The notes under the pieces: generated by a model
What the model saw: only the letters and a program-made list of their open reading frames with translations
Told to the model about the DNA's origin: nothing
Database searches by the model: none
Program-made: the position numbers and the translations under genes
In this document: positions 29,014-38,877 of the stretch, piece by piece
How the letters are laid out: the number at the start of each line of letters is the position of its first letter
Position numbering within the stretch: the first letter of the stretch is position 1
Assembly (NCBI GenBank): GCA_027492035.1
Contig: JAOZFT010000004.1
Span: forward strand, 320,001-384,000
DNA length: 64,000 bases
DNA from: Thermoproteota archaeon
Lineage (GTDB): Archaea; Korarchaeota; JAOZGF01; JAOZFZ01
Direction: 5' to 3'

Positions 29014-31662
29014 ATGAACAAAAAATTATTAGTTTTGATAAGTGCAGTAGTGTTGATGGTTTCAATTGCACCAGCAGCATTTGCACAGCCACCAATAAGT
29101 GAATTCCCGGCACCCTTCATCAAAAACGGTTCAATAGACTGGAACAACGACGGAGTACCTGACATCTCCATAATAATTGGGGAAGGAGGAGACGCAGCAG
29201 ACGTGATAGGAGCTTCAATGATAGCTGCAAAAATAGGAACCAACATGTATTGGTCAGCAGCAGACATAACACTCCATAAAGAAGCATTCGGAACAGCTGA
29301 ACCATTTAAAATAATAAATGGAACAGCAAACTTAACAGTTTACACTTGGGTAACCAACTCACCAATTGCTGACAAAACAGCAGACCGTGACTGGTTAGTT
29401 GCAGTAACGGGAGTAACAGGAGTACCTACCTCCGCTTGGTACAGCTACGCAGAGTTTGAGAAAGCAAGTTTTGGAGACCAGATTCAGTCACATACCTACC
29501 CTGACACAGACGCTGCAGATTGGGATGGCTCAGCAACCTTAACCAAACACATAATAGTGGATCAATACTACAGCCCAGGCGCCCAGGGCAGGCCAGCATT
29601 TATAGAGGTTAAGTGGTGCTACACTGAATACTCAACTGACAGCGTAGGATTACCTGACTACGCAATTTGGTGGTACCCTCCACGTAACCTTACAGTTACA
29701 AGTGAAATGACAGGGCAAAGCTACAAAGTACCAGGTGTCAATAGTACAAACAAGTCAGGAAGGTTCATGCTAAGAATATGGGGTGGTTACAAGTTAAATG
29801 AACCCATAAGTATACCTTTCCTCGGTTCAGGCTACACTTTAACCTTTACAAGCATAGACAATTTCGGGAACACAACACTAAATAGGACAGAGTGGCCTGA
29901 CCCATTCCTAGCAACAGAAATGAATAGATGGTTTGAACTGCCCCAAACAGGCGTAGGCAGAGTAACTTTCTGGTTAGAGAAAAACAGCGTAATTCTTGCA
30001 GCCTCCTCAATAGACCTCTTCAACTTCACCGTAATGCCCGTAATAGGCGGATTATACTCTGGCACAAGTATACATAACTTCTGGATACCTGTTAACAACA
30101 CTGAAAACATGTCGTGGATAGACCCTGACACAGGATTAAGGATGAGTCTAATAGTTGAAATAAAGGGTGTATTCCCAGATTATATGGGGGTGTGGGCTAA
30201 CATAACTTCGTGGCCACTGGAGAAACATTTCATCACTTACGACGTTGCAGGCACAGAAATGATAGTGGTTAACAGATCCTTCACCTCAAGTGACCTCCGT
30301 GTTCCAGTAAATTCATTCCTCGATGTACCTTACACAGCCCCCACTGCTGCAGATTTACCTAGCGGGTTTGACACATACGGTGAAAACCTTTCATGGGTAA
30401 GTTCAGCTAACTTCTCATGGTACGTTGTTCCTCAAGATGTATTCTATGGTGCAAAAGAGGTGCAAGTGTTTGTAAGTTACCCTGACAATGCAACAGTGGA
30501 GAGAACATTTATAACTGAACCTTTCACCACAACCACTAGTGTAACTGCAACCTATGGAGGAGTTTCTCTCCAAACCTATTGGGGTGCAATAGTGCCCATT
30601 ACTGCTAATGTACCTTACTATTATGTGTGGCAACTAGATACTTACTGGAGTAACCACGAAGGCACTACGTACTTCTTCGGTGACCTCCACGACCTAGGTT
30701 TACCAAACCCTGAAATAGAGGATGTTGCTACTTTCTGGCTTGTACGCAACATTTCACTCTACAAACATGGCTGGGCTAAATATGTTGACATAGAAACTAC
30801 AATGTGGAAGATTTTCCTGAATGACAGCAGCCTCAAGACTGAAAACCACTACTATGCAGATGCTGCTCAAACAGTTGAAGACGTTGTTGGTTCAGGTAAA
30901 AGAGTGGTTGACTTTGCAGCCTACCTAATAGACCTTGAAGGAATAAATGTTTCAGGTGTCTATGCAGGGTACTTCGACAGGTTCACACCCGGCCCAGCTG
31001 GTGAATACACAGGAACAGTGGACTTAAGACCCAACGGAACAGATGTTACACCCCCAAGTGAACAAGACTCAACCTTTAACGGAGAAGACGTGTTCAGCAT
31101 ATTCCACAGGTTCATATACCTAGCAACTGAAGACGCAGCAGCCGACGCAGTTGAATCAACCTACCTGATACTTGTAGGTGGGCCACTAGTTAACAAATAT
31201 GTTAAACAGTTAAATGACTCAGGACTACTGCCAATTTCATTCCTAGGAAATGACAGATTAGTTGACTGGACAAACAAAGTCTGGACACTTGAAGATGCAT
31301 TAGCAACATTCCCTGCAGCTGAAGGATACCCTGTTGAATACGTGCCACACATAACAAGCGGCCTAGGAGTAGTTGAATACGCAACAAGCAACCCGTGGAA
31401 CTCAGACTCAACAGTTCCAGTGCTGGTGGTTGCTGGAACAGACAGGTACGGAACAATGTCTGCATCACTGGCGTTAAGTGACCCAACAAAAATAATAAGA
31501 TTAACAGCAGCCAACTGGTACAATGCAGGACGCAGCGGAAACCCCAACGCAGTGATAGTGGTAGGTATAATACCACAGGTAGGAGTAGCTGCAGCTGCAC
31601 CAGCAAACATAGTCTTCGTTAAAGTTGCAGGAGCTGGAGGAAGCCTTACACTAGGGCCATAA
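29014..31662 (+). CDS. S-layer glycoprotein (Methanococcales/Thermococcales-type N and C domains)
   Basis: Signal peptide, IIIGEGGDAADVIGASMIAAKIG, LILVGGPLVNK, VLVVAGTDRYGT, many NxS/T sequons. Confidence 0.88.
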   Translation: MNKKLLVLISAVVLMVSIAPAAFAQPPISEFPAPFIKNGSIDWNNDGVPDISIIIGEGGDAADVIGASMIAAKIGTNMYWSAADITLHKEAFGTAEPFKIINGTANLTVYTWVTNSPIADKTADRDWLVAVTGVTGVPTSAWYSYAEFEKASFGDQIQSHTYPDTDAADWDGSATLTKHIIVDQYYSPGAQGRPAFIEVKWCYTEYSTDSVGLPDYAIWWYPPRNLTVTSEMTGQSYKVPGVNSTNKSGRFMLRIWGGYKLNEPISIPFLGSGYTLTFTSIDNFGNTTLNRTEWPDPFLATEMNRWFELPQTGVGRVTFWLEKNSVILAASSIDLFNFTVMPVIGGLYSGTSIHNFWIPVNNTENMSWIDPDTGLRMSLIVEIKGVFPDYMGVWANITSWPLEKHFITYDVAGTEMIVVNRSFTSSDLRVPVNSFLDVPYTAPTAADLPSGFDTYGENLSWVSSANFSWYVVPQDVFYGAKEVQVFVSYPDNATVERTFITEPFTTTTSVTATYGGVSLQTYWGAIVPITANVPYYYVWQLDTYWSNHEGTTYFFGDLHDLGLPNPEIEDVATFWLVRNISLYKHGWAKYVDIETTMWKIFLNDSSLKTENHYYADAAQTVEDVVGSGKRVVDFAAYLIDLEGINVSGVYAGYFDRFTPGPAGEYTGTVDLRPNGTDVTPPSEQDSTFNGEDVFSIFHRFIYLATEDAAADAVESTYLILVGGPLVNKYVKQLNDSGLLPISFLGNDRLVDWTNKVWTLEDALATFPAAEGYPVEYVPHITSGLGVVEYATSNPWNSDSTVPVLVVAGTDRYGTMSASLALSDPTKIIRLTAANWYNAGRSGNPNAVIVVGIIPQVGVAAAAPANIVFVKVAGAGGSLTLGP

Positions 31663-31670
31663 AACCCCCC

Positions 31671-31690
31671 TTTTTTCTTTTTTTCTTTTC
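31671..31690 (+). terminator. Oligo-T terminator of S-layer gene
   Basis: TTTTTTCTTTTTTTCTTTTC just after the stop codon. Confidence 0.7.
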
Positions 31691-32033
31691 CCAATCTCGT
31701 CTAATTCTAACTTAGGAAAGATTCCCTTACATATTCGTTACATCTATGTTTCCGTAAAGAATTTCCCTGTTTAAACAATTTACAGATCAACCTTTATGTC
31801 TCCCTCTGTTAGTTTTATGCCTCCTATTTCTTTTCGTTTTCTGACGAAAACATTTTATTTTTTTAAACACCTAACTTTTAAAAAGGTTCCTTTTAAGGGG
31901 GAGAAGGGAAAGGTTTTAAATTAGCCTTTCTCCAAATTTTTTTTAAAGGGTTTCTTTAAAAGTTTCTTTGAACCTCTAAAACCCTTACATAGAGGTTTCT
32001 TTAAGAGAATTTTTTAAGGAGGAGTGTTTAGGG

Positions 32034-34433
32034 TTGAATAAAGAAGAATTACTCTTTTTGATGTTGACATGTTTAATTTTTTCAAGTTTGTCACCTCTGA
32101 ACGTTTACGGTCAACAATTTGGGGAATTGGTAAAGGTACCTAAAGAATCACTTGATGTTTATTTAGCTGCTGTTAAGGGGAACACTTACTGGAGAAATAA
32201 CTGGTACTATGACCCCTCTAATAAGGTTATGCAAATTCCTACAATGCTTGGTAAAATGCCAAGTCCTCAAGCTACAGGTTTAGCTGGTCACCTTTATGCG
32301 TTATCTATTATTCACGCAACTGAACTCTCCCTCTCAGGTTCAAATTTGCAGGAAGTAAAAAATAGACTTAGACAAATAAGCAGTTACTTCTTAACAAATT
32401 CAAGGGGTGGTTTATGGGCTAGTGAAATAACTCAAACCTATGTTGACGTTGCTTTCTCGTCTATGGTTGTGTGGTTTGAAAGTGAAGCTTACATGGTTAA
32501 CGTAATTAACAAATCTGATGTTCAAATGCATGTTCAGTCACTTTCAGCTTTACAGACAAGTTCTGGCGGATGGTTTGCCTCTACAGCACCCTACAGCCAA
32601 TGGAAACAACCACTGGTTACTTACACGTCACTGGCTTTAACAGCTTTGTTGAAAGCTGAAACAGCTGGGTTGTCTGTGGATAAATCCGTAATAAACAAAG
32701 CAATCAATTATTTACAATCAAAAGCTGTGAAAGGTGTTGGAACAGCTCACTGGGCTAGAGAAAACATGCCTGTCCCAACTGTTTTTGCGGATTCAACTTC
32801 CCCAAGTGAAGTAATAACTTCACTTGCACTCTATGCTTTATCGACAGCTAAAATGCAAGGTTACAACGTTGACACACAACTTCTTCAAAACGCTGCACAC
32901 TATCTCCTAGACAAGTTCCCTGCCCAAACCAATAAAGACGATAAACTTTTGTCATCTATGGCTTTAGCCGCAGCTGCCGGTGCAGGTGCAGTAGATATTT
33001 CAACCCTGGTGGGGAAAACATTCTCCTTCCTTTATGGTGTAGCTGAAAATTTTGACGTTGCTAAACCCCCCTTCCCATGGGAAGCGATCCCAACTTACTG
33101 CATTTACTTCTGGGAATACATTGAAACAGTTACTGTTGAAAACTCAATAACTACAGCCGTGGCACCGGCCAAAGCTGTTTTAACAGAGAAGGAAGTAACT
33201 AAAGTCGTTAGAGGAGCAACTGTTGAAGTTAATTTCCAAATAAGTAACATGGGTGCAAGTCAATTGAAGCTTTTCCTTGAACCCTACACTTCAGCATCTT
33301 TCAAAATAAATTCATCCTCAAGCAACCAAGTAACTCTTGAATCAGGTTCTCAAACAAGTTACAAGTTCAGTTTCAAAATACCTGAAGCAGCTACTCCTGG
33401 AGAATTAAAAATAGGGGTAAAAGTTTATAAGTTAGTGGAGGGAAAGAAAATACCTTCCAGGTGGTCGAAGGAAACGTCAATAGTAATAATAAAGAATGCT
33501 CAATTAACCCTCACAAGAAAAGTTACAGCTAAAAGTTTAAACTTAGGGGATAACTTAACAATCACTTTACAAATAAAGAACACAGGAGATGTTGAAGCTT
33601 CAAATATAGTAATCAGGGAGGATTTAAATGAAGGGTTTGAAATTTCAAGTTACCTATCATCAGATCAAGCAATGTTCACATCCACAGGCTTAAACCTTGT
33701 TTCAATAAAGCCTCAGGAGGAAAAGGTTTATACATACAGTGTAGTGGCAGAAAAAGCAAATGCAGGTAACCAAACCCTTTCAACAACCACCCTAACCTAC
33801 CTTGACGTCTTCAATAAACCACATACGATAACTCAAAAAACAGATGTAATAGTCCATAGGCCAAAAATCACATTGAAGGGATCCTTAAAAGTGGGGGAGG
33901 AAGAAAGCCAGAAAGAAATAGAAGCTCCATGGGGGAGCAAAGTTAAATTAACAATAACACTTAAAAACGAAGGAAATTTAGAGGCTAAAAACATAGAGTT
34001 AAATGCAGTAATACCTAAACAGCTTCAAATAATCAGCGATGAAACAGAGGGGGCAATTTCAAAAGACACAGTCGTAATAGAGCTGGAAAATCTTAAACCG
34101 AATGAACAGAAATCATTTAAAATAACCACTAAAACAGCGAACTTTTACATGTCCCTTAAACAAAAGGCACCTATTTTCCTAGATTTAAAATACACAGATT
34201 TAAACGGCAGATTCGTAGAAGGTGCATACAAGAGCTCAACAGATTTCCAAGTAAACATAACAGTACCTATGTGGCTGGAAATCTCAGTGGCAGCATCCAT
34301 TATTGCATTAATACTCCTTGTTTCAGCTTTATTAATAAGAAAAGCTAGGAAGGAAAAGAGAAGGAAAGTTTACTCTCCAAAACACTTAATAATGAAGGAG
34401 AGAAGAAAGAAGAGGAGTGAAAGACTTGGTTAA
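32034..34433 (+). CDS. Membrane-anchored surface protein: alpha/alpha-barrel-like domain plus Ig-like (DUF11/CARDB) repeats
   Basis: Signal peptide; LQTSSGGW, TSLALTALL..INKAINYL helical repeats; ITLQIKNTG/LTITLKNEG motifs; C-terminal TM and basic tail. Confidence 0.75.
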   Translation: MNKEELLFLMLTCLIFSSLSPLNVYGQQFGELVKVPKESLDVYLAAVKGNTYWRNNWYYDPSNKVMQIPTMLGKMPSPQATGLAGHLYALSIIHATELSLSGSNLQEVKNRLRQISSYFLTNSRGGLWASEITQTYVDVAFSSMVVWFESEAYMVNVINKSDVQMHVQSLSALQTSSGGWFASTAPYSQWKQPLVTYTSLALTALLKAETAGLSVDKSVINKAINYLQSKAVKGVGTAHWARENMPVPTVFADSTSPSEVITSLALYALSTAKMQGYNVDTQLLQNAAHYLLDKFPAQTNKDDKLLSSMALAAAAGAGAVDISTLVGKTFSFLYGVAENFDVAKPPFPWEAIPTYCIYFWEYIETVTVENSITTAVAPAKAVLTEKEVTKVVRGATVEVNFQISNMGASQLKLFLEPYTSASFKINSSSSNQVTLESGSQTSYKFSFKIPEAATPGELKIGVKVYKLVEGKKIPSRWSKETSIVIIKNAQLTLTRKVTAKSLNLGDNLTITLQIKNTGDVEASNIVIREDLNEGFEISSYLSSDQAMFTSTGLNLVSIKPQEEKVYTYSVVAEKANAGNQTLSTTTLTYLDVFNKPHTITQKTDVIVHRPKITLKGSLKVGEEESQKEIEAPWGSKVKLTITLKNEGNLEAKNIELNAVIPKQLQIISDETEGAISKDTVVIELENLKPNEQKSFKITTKTANFYMSLKQKAPIFLDLKYTDLNGRFVEGAYKSSTDFQVNITVPMWLEISVAASIIALILLVSALLIRKARKEKRRKVYSPKHLIMKERRKKRSERLG

Positions 34434-35094
34434 AAAAAGGGGGAAAGTAATTCTTACCTTGGCTGCAATTTTTTTAGTTGCAGCTTCAACCTACTACCTC
34501 ACTTACAAACACAACATGAACCCTCTAAACAATCCTCCATCAAAAATAGAGAAAATAATTATTTTAATAAACGAAAAAGATGCCACTGAATCAATGGGGA
34601 AAGAAAAACTAAACTACACATTAGCTGTTTCAAGCATAAGTTACATACTGCCTTTTGCCTCCAATCTAAAATACACTGTGGAGGAAGGAACCCTACTCAT
34701 AAACAGTTCAAAAGATATAAACATAAGCAAGGCAAATGAAACAACTCCCATAATTTACTTAATAGGGCCGATAGGAGGAGCGAAACAGACAGGCATAATA
34801 TTAAGGGAACATTCAGTAGTAGTTGAAGGGGAAACCTACACAAAACTCTTCTCAGCTACAGACCTGCTAAACTACTTCCTTCTGAAAAACCTAAAGCCAA
34901 AAATTGTCTACAGCACAAAACATCAATCATACGCCCTATATTTCCAACATCCACTCTCAGGGAAAATAATACCTGCTCCCTGGTACTCTAACAAACCACT
35001 ACAAGAACTAATGAACACTGTTTCCCTGGAACACGAAAACGGAACACCTGCTTCAGCAAATGAGGTAAGAGCACTAATTTTAGGTGAAAAATAA
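34417..35094 (+). CDS. N-terminally anchored hypothetical surface protein
   Basis: N-terminal TM, NxS/T sequons, overlaps upstream gene. Confidence 0.75.
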   Translation: MKDLVKKRGKVILTLAAIFLVAASTYYLTYKHNMNPLNNPPSKIEKIIILINEKDATESMGKEKLNYTLAVSSISYILPFASNLKYTVEEGTLLINSSKDINISKANETTPIIYLIGPIGGAKQTGIILREHSVVVEGETYTKLFSATDLLNYFLLKNLKPKIVYSTKHQSYALYFQHPLSGKIIPAPWYSNKPLQELMNTVSLEHENGTPASANEVRALILGEK

Positions 35095-35135
35095 ACTTTT
35101 AAAAAACATTAACAAAGATATAGAAATGTAGCGGT

Positions 35136-35224
35136 GCAGCCGTGGTCTAGCCAGGTAGGACGGGAGATTCATTGAACCCAAGCCCCCCAAGCTCCCAACG
35201 CGGGTTCAAATCCCGCCGGCTGCA
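35136..35224 (+). tRNA. tRNA-Gly(CCC), 16-nt intron at 30/31 (35167-35182), C33
   Basis: Mature arm GGAGC CC CCC AA GCTCC; BHB CGGG-AGA-TTC..GAA-CCCA-AGC. Confidence 0.87.
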
Positions 35225-35430
35225 TTTTTTCATACACATGAAAAAGGTTTTTTAGGTGGAAAAGCCTTAAATTGCTGCTTCAGCCCTTGGAACCTAGTTT
35301 TTTTCAGAATTGATTCCTTAAGGAAAACGTAAAGCTTTAAAAATTCAAGGCTATTCTTTATTGTTGAGAAAGGGTGGAGAGCTTAAAAATCTTTACAGAA
35401 AAGGCCTTTTCAGTTTGAGTTTTTAAAAAA

Positions 35431-35549
35431 GCGCCCGTCGTCTAGTCATGGCTTAAAATGTTTTTAAGCCGCTAAGGGACTAGGACACAGGCCCTCCAAG
35501 CCTGTAACGCGGGTTCAAATGAAGTAATCTGAAAATCCCGCCGGGCGCA
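35431..35549 (+). tRNA. tRNA-Gly(TCC), introns at 17a/18 (35449-35476) and 59/60 (35520-35535), C33
   Basis: Full BHB GTC-TAGT-CAT-GGCTTAAAA...TTTTAAGCC-GCTA-AGG-GAC; arm CAGGC CC TCC AA GCCTG. Confidence 0.9.
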
Positions 35550-35578
35550 TCTACTCCTTTCGAAAAGGGTGCAATGTT

Positions 35579-36256
35579 TTGCTGCATCTTGTTTTGGCTG
35601 AAGCCTCCCTTGAAAAGGTACCTCTCTCCCTTTTCAACCATCCTCAAGTTGTTAGTTATTGTAGGAAAAGGAAAATCAAGCCTAAAGAAGCTATTTTAGA
35701 TACAAGCTATCATTTCGAAGCTGTTAAAAAACTCCCTTTTAAACATAAAAGAGGCAGACCTGACATTGTCCATTTCTTCCTCCTTTTAACACAAGATAGT
35801 TTAGTGAATAAAGTGGGAAAATTAAGAACTTACATACATACCTTAAACAACGAAGTAATATATGTAAACCCGGGAACTAGGCCACCTAAACATTACGACA
35901 GATTTTTGGGGTTGATGCAGCAGCTTTTCAAAGAAGGACAAGTCCCCCCAAAAAAAGAAGCTTTATTTTTAATCAAGAAAAAGAATTTGGCAGATTTAAA
36001 AAAGGAGATCAACCCAGACATAACTATCGGTCTATCCCGGAAAGGAAAAGTTATTAATCCCTTCAAATACTTTGGAAAGATAAATAAGGAAAAAAGCGTA
36101 GCTGTAATTGTTGGGGGATTTCCTCACGGCAACTTCTGCAGCGAAACCTTGGAAGTAATAGATCAATTATTTAGTTTAGGCAATTACCCCCTGCAAACCT
36201 GGACAGTAACTTCTTTAGTGCTTTGCTCCTACTGCCAATCCTTACTCCACTACTAA
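35579..36256 (+). CDS. nep1: 16S rRNA pseudouridine methyltransferase Nep1
   Basis: LAEASLE, KRGRPDIVH, RPPKHYDRFLGLM, VGGFPHG. Confidence 0.95.
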   Translation: MLHLVLAEASLEKVPLSLFNHPQVVSYCRKRKIKPKEAILDTSYHFEAVKKLPFKHKRGRPDIVHFFLLLTQDSLVNKVGKLRTYIHTLNNEVIYVNPGTRPPKHYDRFLGLMQQLFKEGQVPPKKEALFLIKKKNLADLKKEINPDITIGLSRKGKVINPFKYFGKINKEKSVAVIVGGFPHGNFCSETLEVIDQLFSLGNYPLQTWTVTSLVLCSYCQSLLHY

Positions 36257-36336
36257 CAATTTATCCACTTTTTAGAAAAGGATTAATTAAAAGAGGAAAA
36301 CCCGAAAATCTTTTAGAAAGGGGGAAGTGGATAAGA

Positions 36337-36654
36337 TTGAGTTTACGAACAAGAAAGATAGCGAAGGAAAGAATAAATATTTTAATGAAATTAGCAGAGG
36401 AAATACATAAAACAAAGCCTCACCTTGCTCAAAAATACTACAAGGCAGCTTGGAAAATCTCTTTAAAGGCACGAGTACCCTTCCCCAAGAAGTGGAAAAA
36501 AAGAATTTGTAAACATTGCAAAAAATTCCTTTTTCTAGGTTTCAACGCAACCGTGAGACTGAACCAGAACAGGTTTCCACATGTTACAATTAAATGCCTA
36601 GAATGTGGTGGCTACACACGATACCCTTACAAGAAAAAAGGTAGTAAAAAGTGA
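36337..36654 (+). CDS. rnp4: RNase P protein Rpp21
   Basis: IAKERINIL, KKRICKHC, CLECG..RYPY; TTG start inferred. Confidence 0.9.
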   Translation: MSLRTRKIAKERINILMKLAEEIHKTKPHLAQKYYKAAWKISLKARVPFPKKWKKRICKHCKKFLFLGFNATVRLNQNRFPHVTIKCLECGGYTRYPYKKKGSKK

Positions 36655-36755
36655 AGGAAGAAAAGCATAAGGCTCTAAACCCTCTATGCCTTTAACACAT
36701 TTTTGAAAAATTTTTAAAAAGAAAAAGAGTTTTAAATGGAAAAGGGGATTAGAAA

Positions 36756-37220
36756 ATGGTGAAAATTACAGATGTACCTGCAGACCTACTGATCAAGAAA
36801 TTAGCTGAGAAATTGAAGGAAATCCCAGAAATAAAGCAGCCTGAATGGAGTCTCTTTGTCAAGACAGGCGTTTCTAAGGAAAGGAGGCCTTCAAACCCGG
36901 ATTGGTGGTACATACGCGCAGCTTCAATTCTGCGGAAACTCTACTTAAAGGGGCCTATGGGAGTTTCAAGGCTGAGATCTTTGTATGGAGGAAGGAAAAA
37001 CAGAGGCTCTAAACCTGAACACTTCTACAAAGGAAGTGGAAAAATTATAAGGACGATTCTTCAACAATTAGAGGCTGCAGGGTTCTTAAAACTCAAAGAA
37101 GTAAATGGGAGAAAACTAGGGAGAACAATAAGTGACAAGGGAAAATCTTTCGTTGACTCAAGTTCTTACCTGGTAATGAAAGAACTCACCAGCAGAAAAA
37201 AGATGGAATACACTATCTAA
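36756..37220 (+). CDS. rps19e: Ribosomal protein S19e
   Basis: PEWSLFVKTG, DWWYIRAASILRK. Confidence 0.97.
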   Translation: MVKITDVPADLLIKKLAEKLKEIPEIKQPEWSLFVKTGVSKERRPSNPDWWYIRAASILRKLYLKGPMGVSRLRSLYGGRKNRGSKPEHFYKGSGKIIRTILQQLEAAGFLKLKEVNGRKLGRTISDKGKSFVDSSSYLVMKELTSRKKMEYTI

Positions 37221-37293
37221 ATTTCAACGCAAAAAATGTTTTGGAAATAAAGATTTAAAGTGTTTAAGAAGCGCTTAGGAGGGTGTGTTGAGA

Positions 37294-37620
37294 ATGAGCG
37301 ACGAACTTGAGGAGCTTAAGAAGAGGAAACTAATTGAACTTCAACAAAAACTGATTGAAGAAGAAAGAAAAAAGGAGTTGCAGAAACAAATCGAGCAGCA
37401 GAAAAGGATGATCTTGAAAATAATTTTGACACCTGAAGCTAGGCAAAGATTGGCTAACGTGAAAATGGTTAAGCCTGAAATAGCTGAAACAATAGAATCC
37501 CAACTAATTCAGCTCTACTCAATTGGTAAATTAAGAAATAGGGTTTCAGATGAACAATTAAAAAGAATCCTTCACTCTATCCAAAAACAGAGGAAAGAAG
37601 TTAAGATCAAATACAAATAA
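37294..37620 (+). CDS. PDCD5-like DNA-binding protein
   Basis: [19 protein letters not shown]. Confidence 0.92.
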   Translation: MSDELEELKKRKLIELQQKLIEEERKKELQKQIEQQKRMILKIILTPEARQRLANVKMVKPEIAETIESQLIQLYSIGKLRNRVSDEQLKRILHSIQKQRKEVKIKYK

Positions 37621-37670
37621 AAAGGGTCCTAAATTACCCTTTCTTATTCAAAAATGTGGAGGTGTTACTT

Positions 37671-37826
37671 TTGTCCAGAAATAAACCTTTAGGGAAGAAG
37701 CTGAGGCTACTGAAAAAGGAGAGACAAAACAGCAGAGTCCCTATTTGGGTAATCCTTAAAACAAATAGGAGAGTAACAACAAATTATAAAAGGAGACAGT
37801 GGAGAAGGTCAAGGTTAAAAGTTTGA
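37671..37826 (+). CDS. rpl39e: Ribosomal protein L39e (below ORF-track cutoff)
   Basis: TTG after GGAGGTG; [51 protein letters not shown]. Confidence 0.95.
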   Translation: MSRNKPLGKKLRLLKKERQNSRVPIWVILKTNRRVTTNYKRRQWRRSRLKV

Positions 37827-37849
37827 ACAAAGGGAAAAGGTTGAAAAAA

Positions 37850-38164
37850 ATGAGTAAAGGAGAGGAGAAAGAAATAATTATTTCCTTAAAAATACCTCGA
37901 AACCCGAGAAGTAACAGGGCTGAAAGGGCAGTTTCATACCTTAAAAAATCACTTGAGCGACATTTAAGGAAACATTTAAAGGAAAAGAGTGAAGAAGAGG
38001 AAGAAGAGGAAAAAATAAAAATAGATCCTGCCCTTAACGAATATCTTTGGAAAAGGGGAATAAGGAACATTCCAAGAAAAGTAAAGGTTTCAGTTAAACT
38101 CAGTAAAGGAAAAAAAGAGAAAGAAGAAGAGGAAGGGGTAACAGTTAAACTTGCTGAAAAATAA
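37850..38164 (+). CDS. rpl31e: Ribosomal protein L31e
   Basis: RAERAV, KIDPALNEYLWKRGIRNIPRKVKV; position after L39e. Confidence 0.92.
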   Translation: MSKGEEKEIIISLKIPRNPRSNRAERAVSYLKKSLERHLRKHLKEKSEEEEEEEKIKIDPALNEYLWKRGIRNIPRKVKVSVKLSKGKKEKEEEEGVTVKLAEK

Positions 38165-38185
38165 TTCAAAGGTAGCTTACTCGCC

Positions 38186-38851
38186 ATGATCAGCCAAACG
38201 CATTTCCACGGTGAACCTTACGTGGGGGTTTTCTTCTCCACAAATGAAGATTATACACTCATCCCCCCCACCACAAGTGAGAAAACAAAGAAATTAATTG
38301 AAAAAACCTTGAAAACACAGGTGGTTGAAGCAACAATCATGGAAACTTACTTATTAGGTATATTAACTGTTTCAAACTCTTACGGATTCATTCTACCCCA
38401 CCTTGTAACTGAACATGAAGTTGAAAACATAAAGAAAGAAACCGACAGCAAAATACTTGTTTTAAACACTAAATACACTGTTCTCCGTAACCTCATAATC
38501 TTGAACAATTCCCATCTAATTATTTCCAATGTACTGAAAAGGAAAGTAAATGAAATATTGAATTTCTTAGGAATGGAGACTTTCTTAATCTGGGAAGAAA
38601 GAGATCAGCCACTAATAGGGTCCATGGTTGTTGTAACCGACAAAGGAGGAGTGGTTTCTCCCTTAATTACTTTAGACAACGAAAAAAAATTAGAATCTTT
38701 CCTAGGTTTCGCTTTACCTAAATGCACAGTTAATTCAGGAGGAAATTTCCCTTCTTTAGGGTTAGTGGCTAACTCTAAAGGTGGATTAACCAGTTTCAAA
38801 ACAACTGGTTACGAACTCTCCCTTCTGGAGAAGGGTTTATCATTTCTATAG
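38186..38851 (+). CDS. eif6: Translation initiation factor aIF6
   Basis: YVGVF, TVNSG, LVANSKG, TTGYEL; conserved position. Confidence 0.9.
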   Translation: MISQTHFHGEPYVGVFFSTNEDYTLIPPTTSEKTKKLIEKTLKTQVVEATIMETYLLGILTVSNSYGFILPHLVTEHEVENIKKETDSKILVLNTKYTVLRNLIILNNSHLIISNVLKRKVNEILNFLGMETFLIWEERDQPLIGSMVVVTDKGGVVSPLITLDNEKKLESFLGFALPKCTVNSGGNFPSLGLVANSKGGLTSFKTTGYELSLLEKGLSFL

Positions 38852-38877
38852 TTTTTAAAAGTGAAGAGGGGATCTCA

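Noticed and set aside
35488-35504. Reading tRNA-Gly(TCC) as Trp (CT-CCA)
   Set aside because: Shifted register breaks the anticodon stem; GCG acceptor and A73 fit Gly
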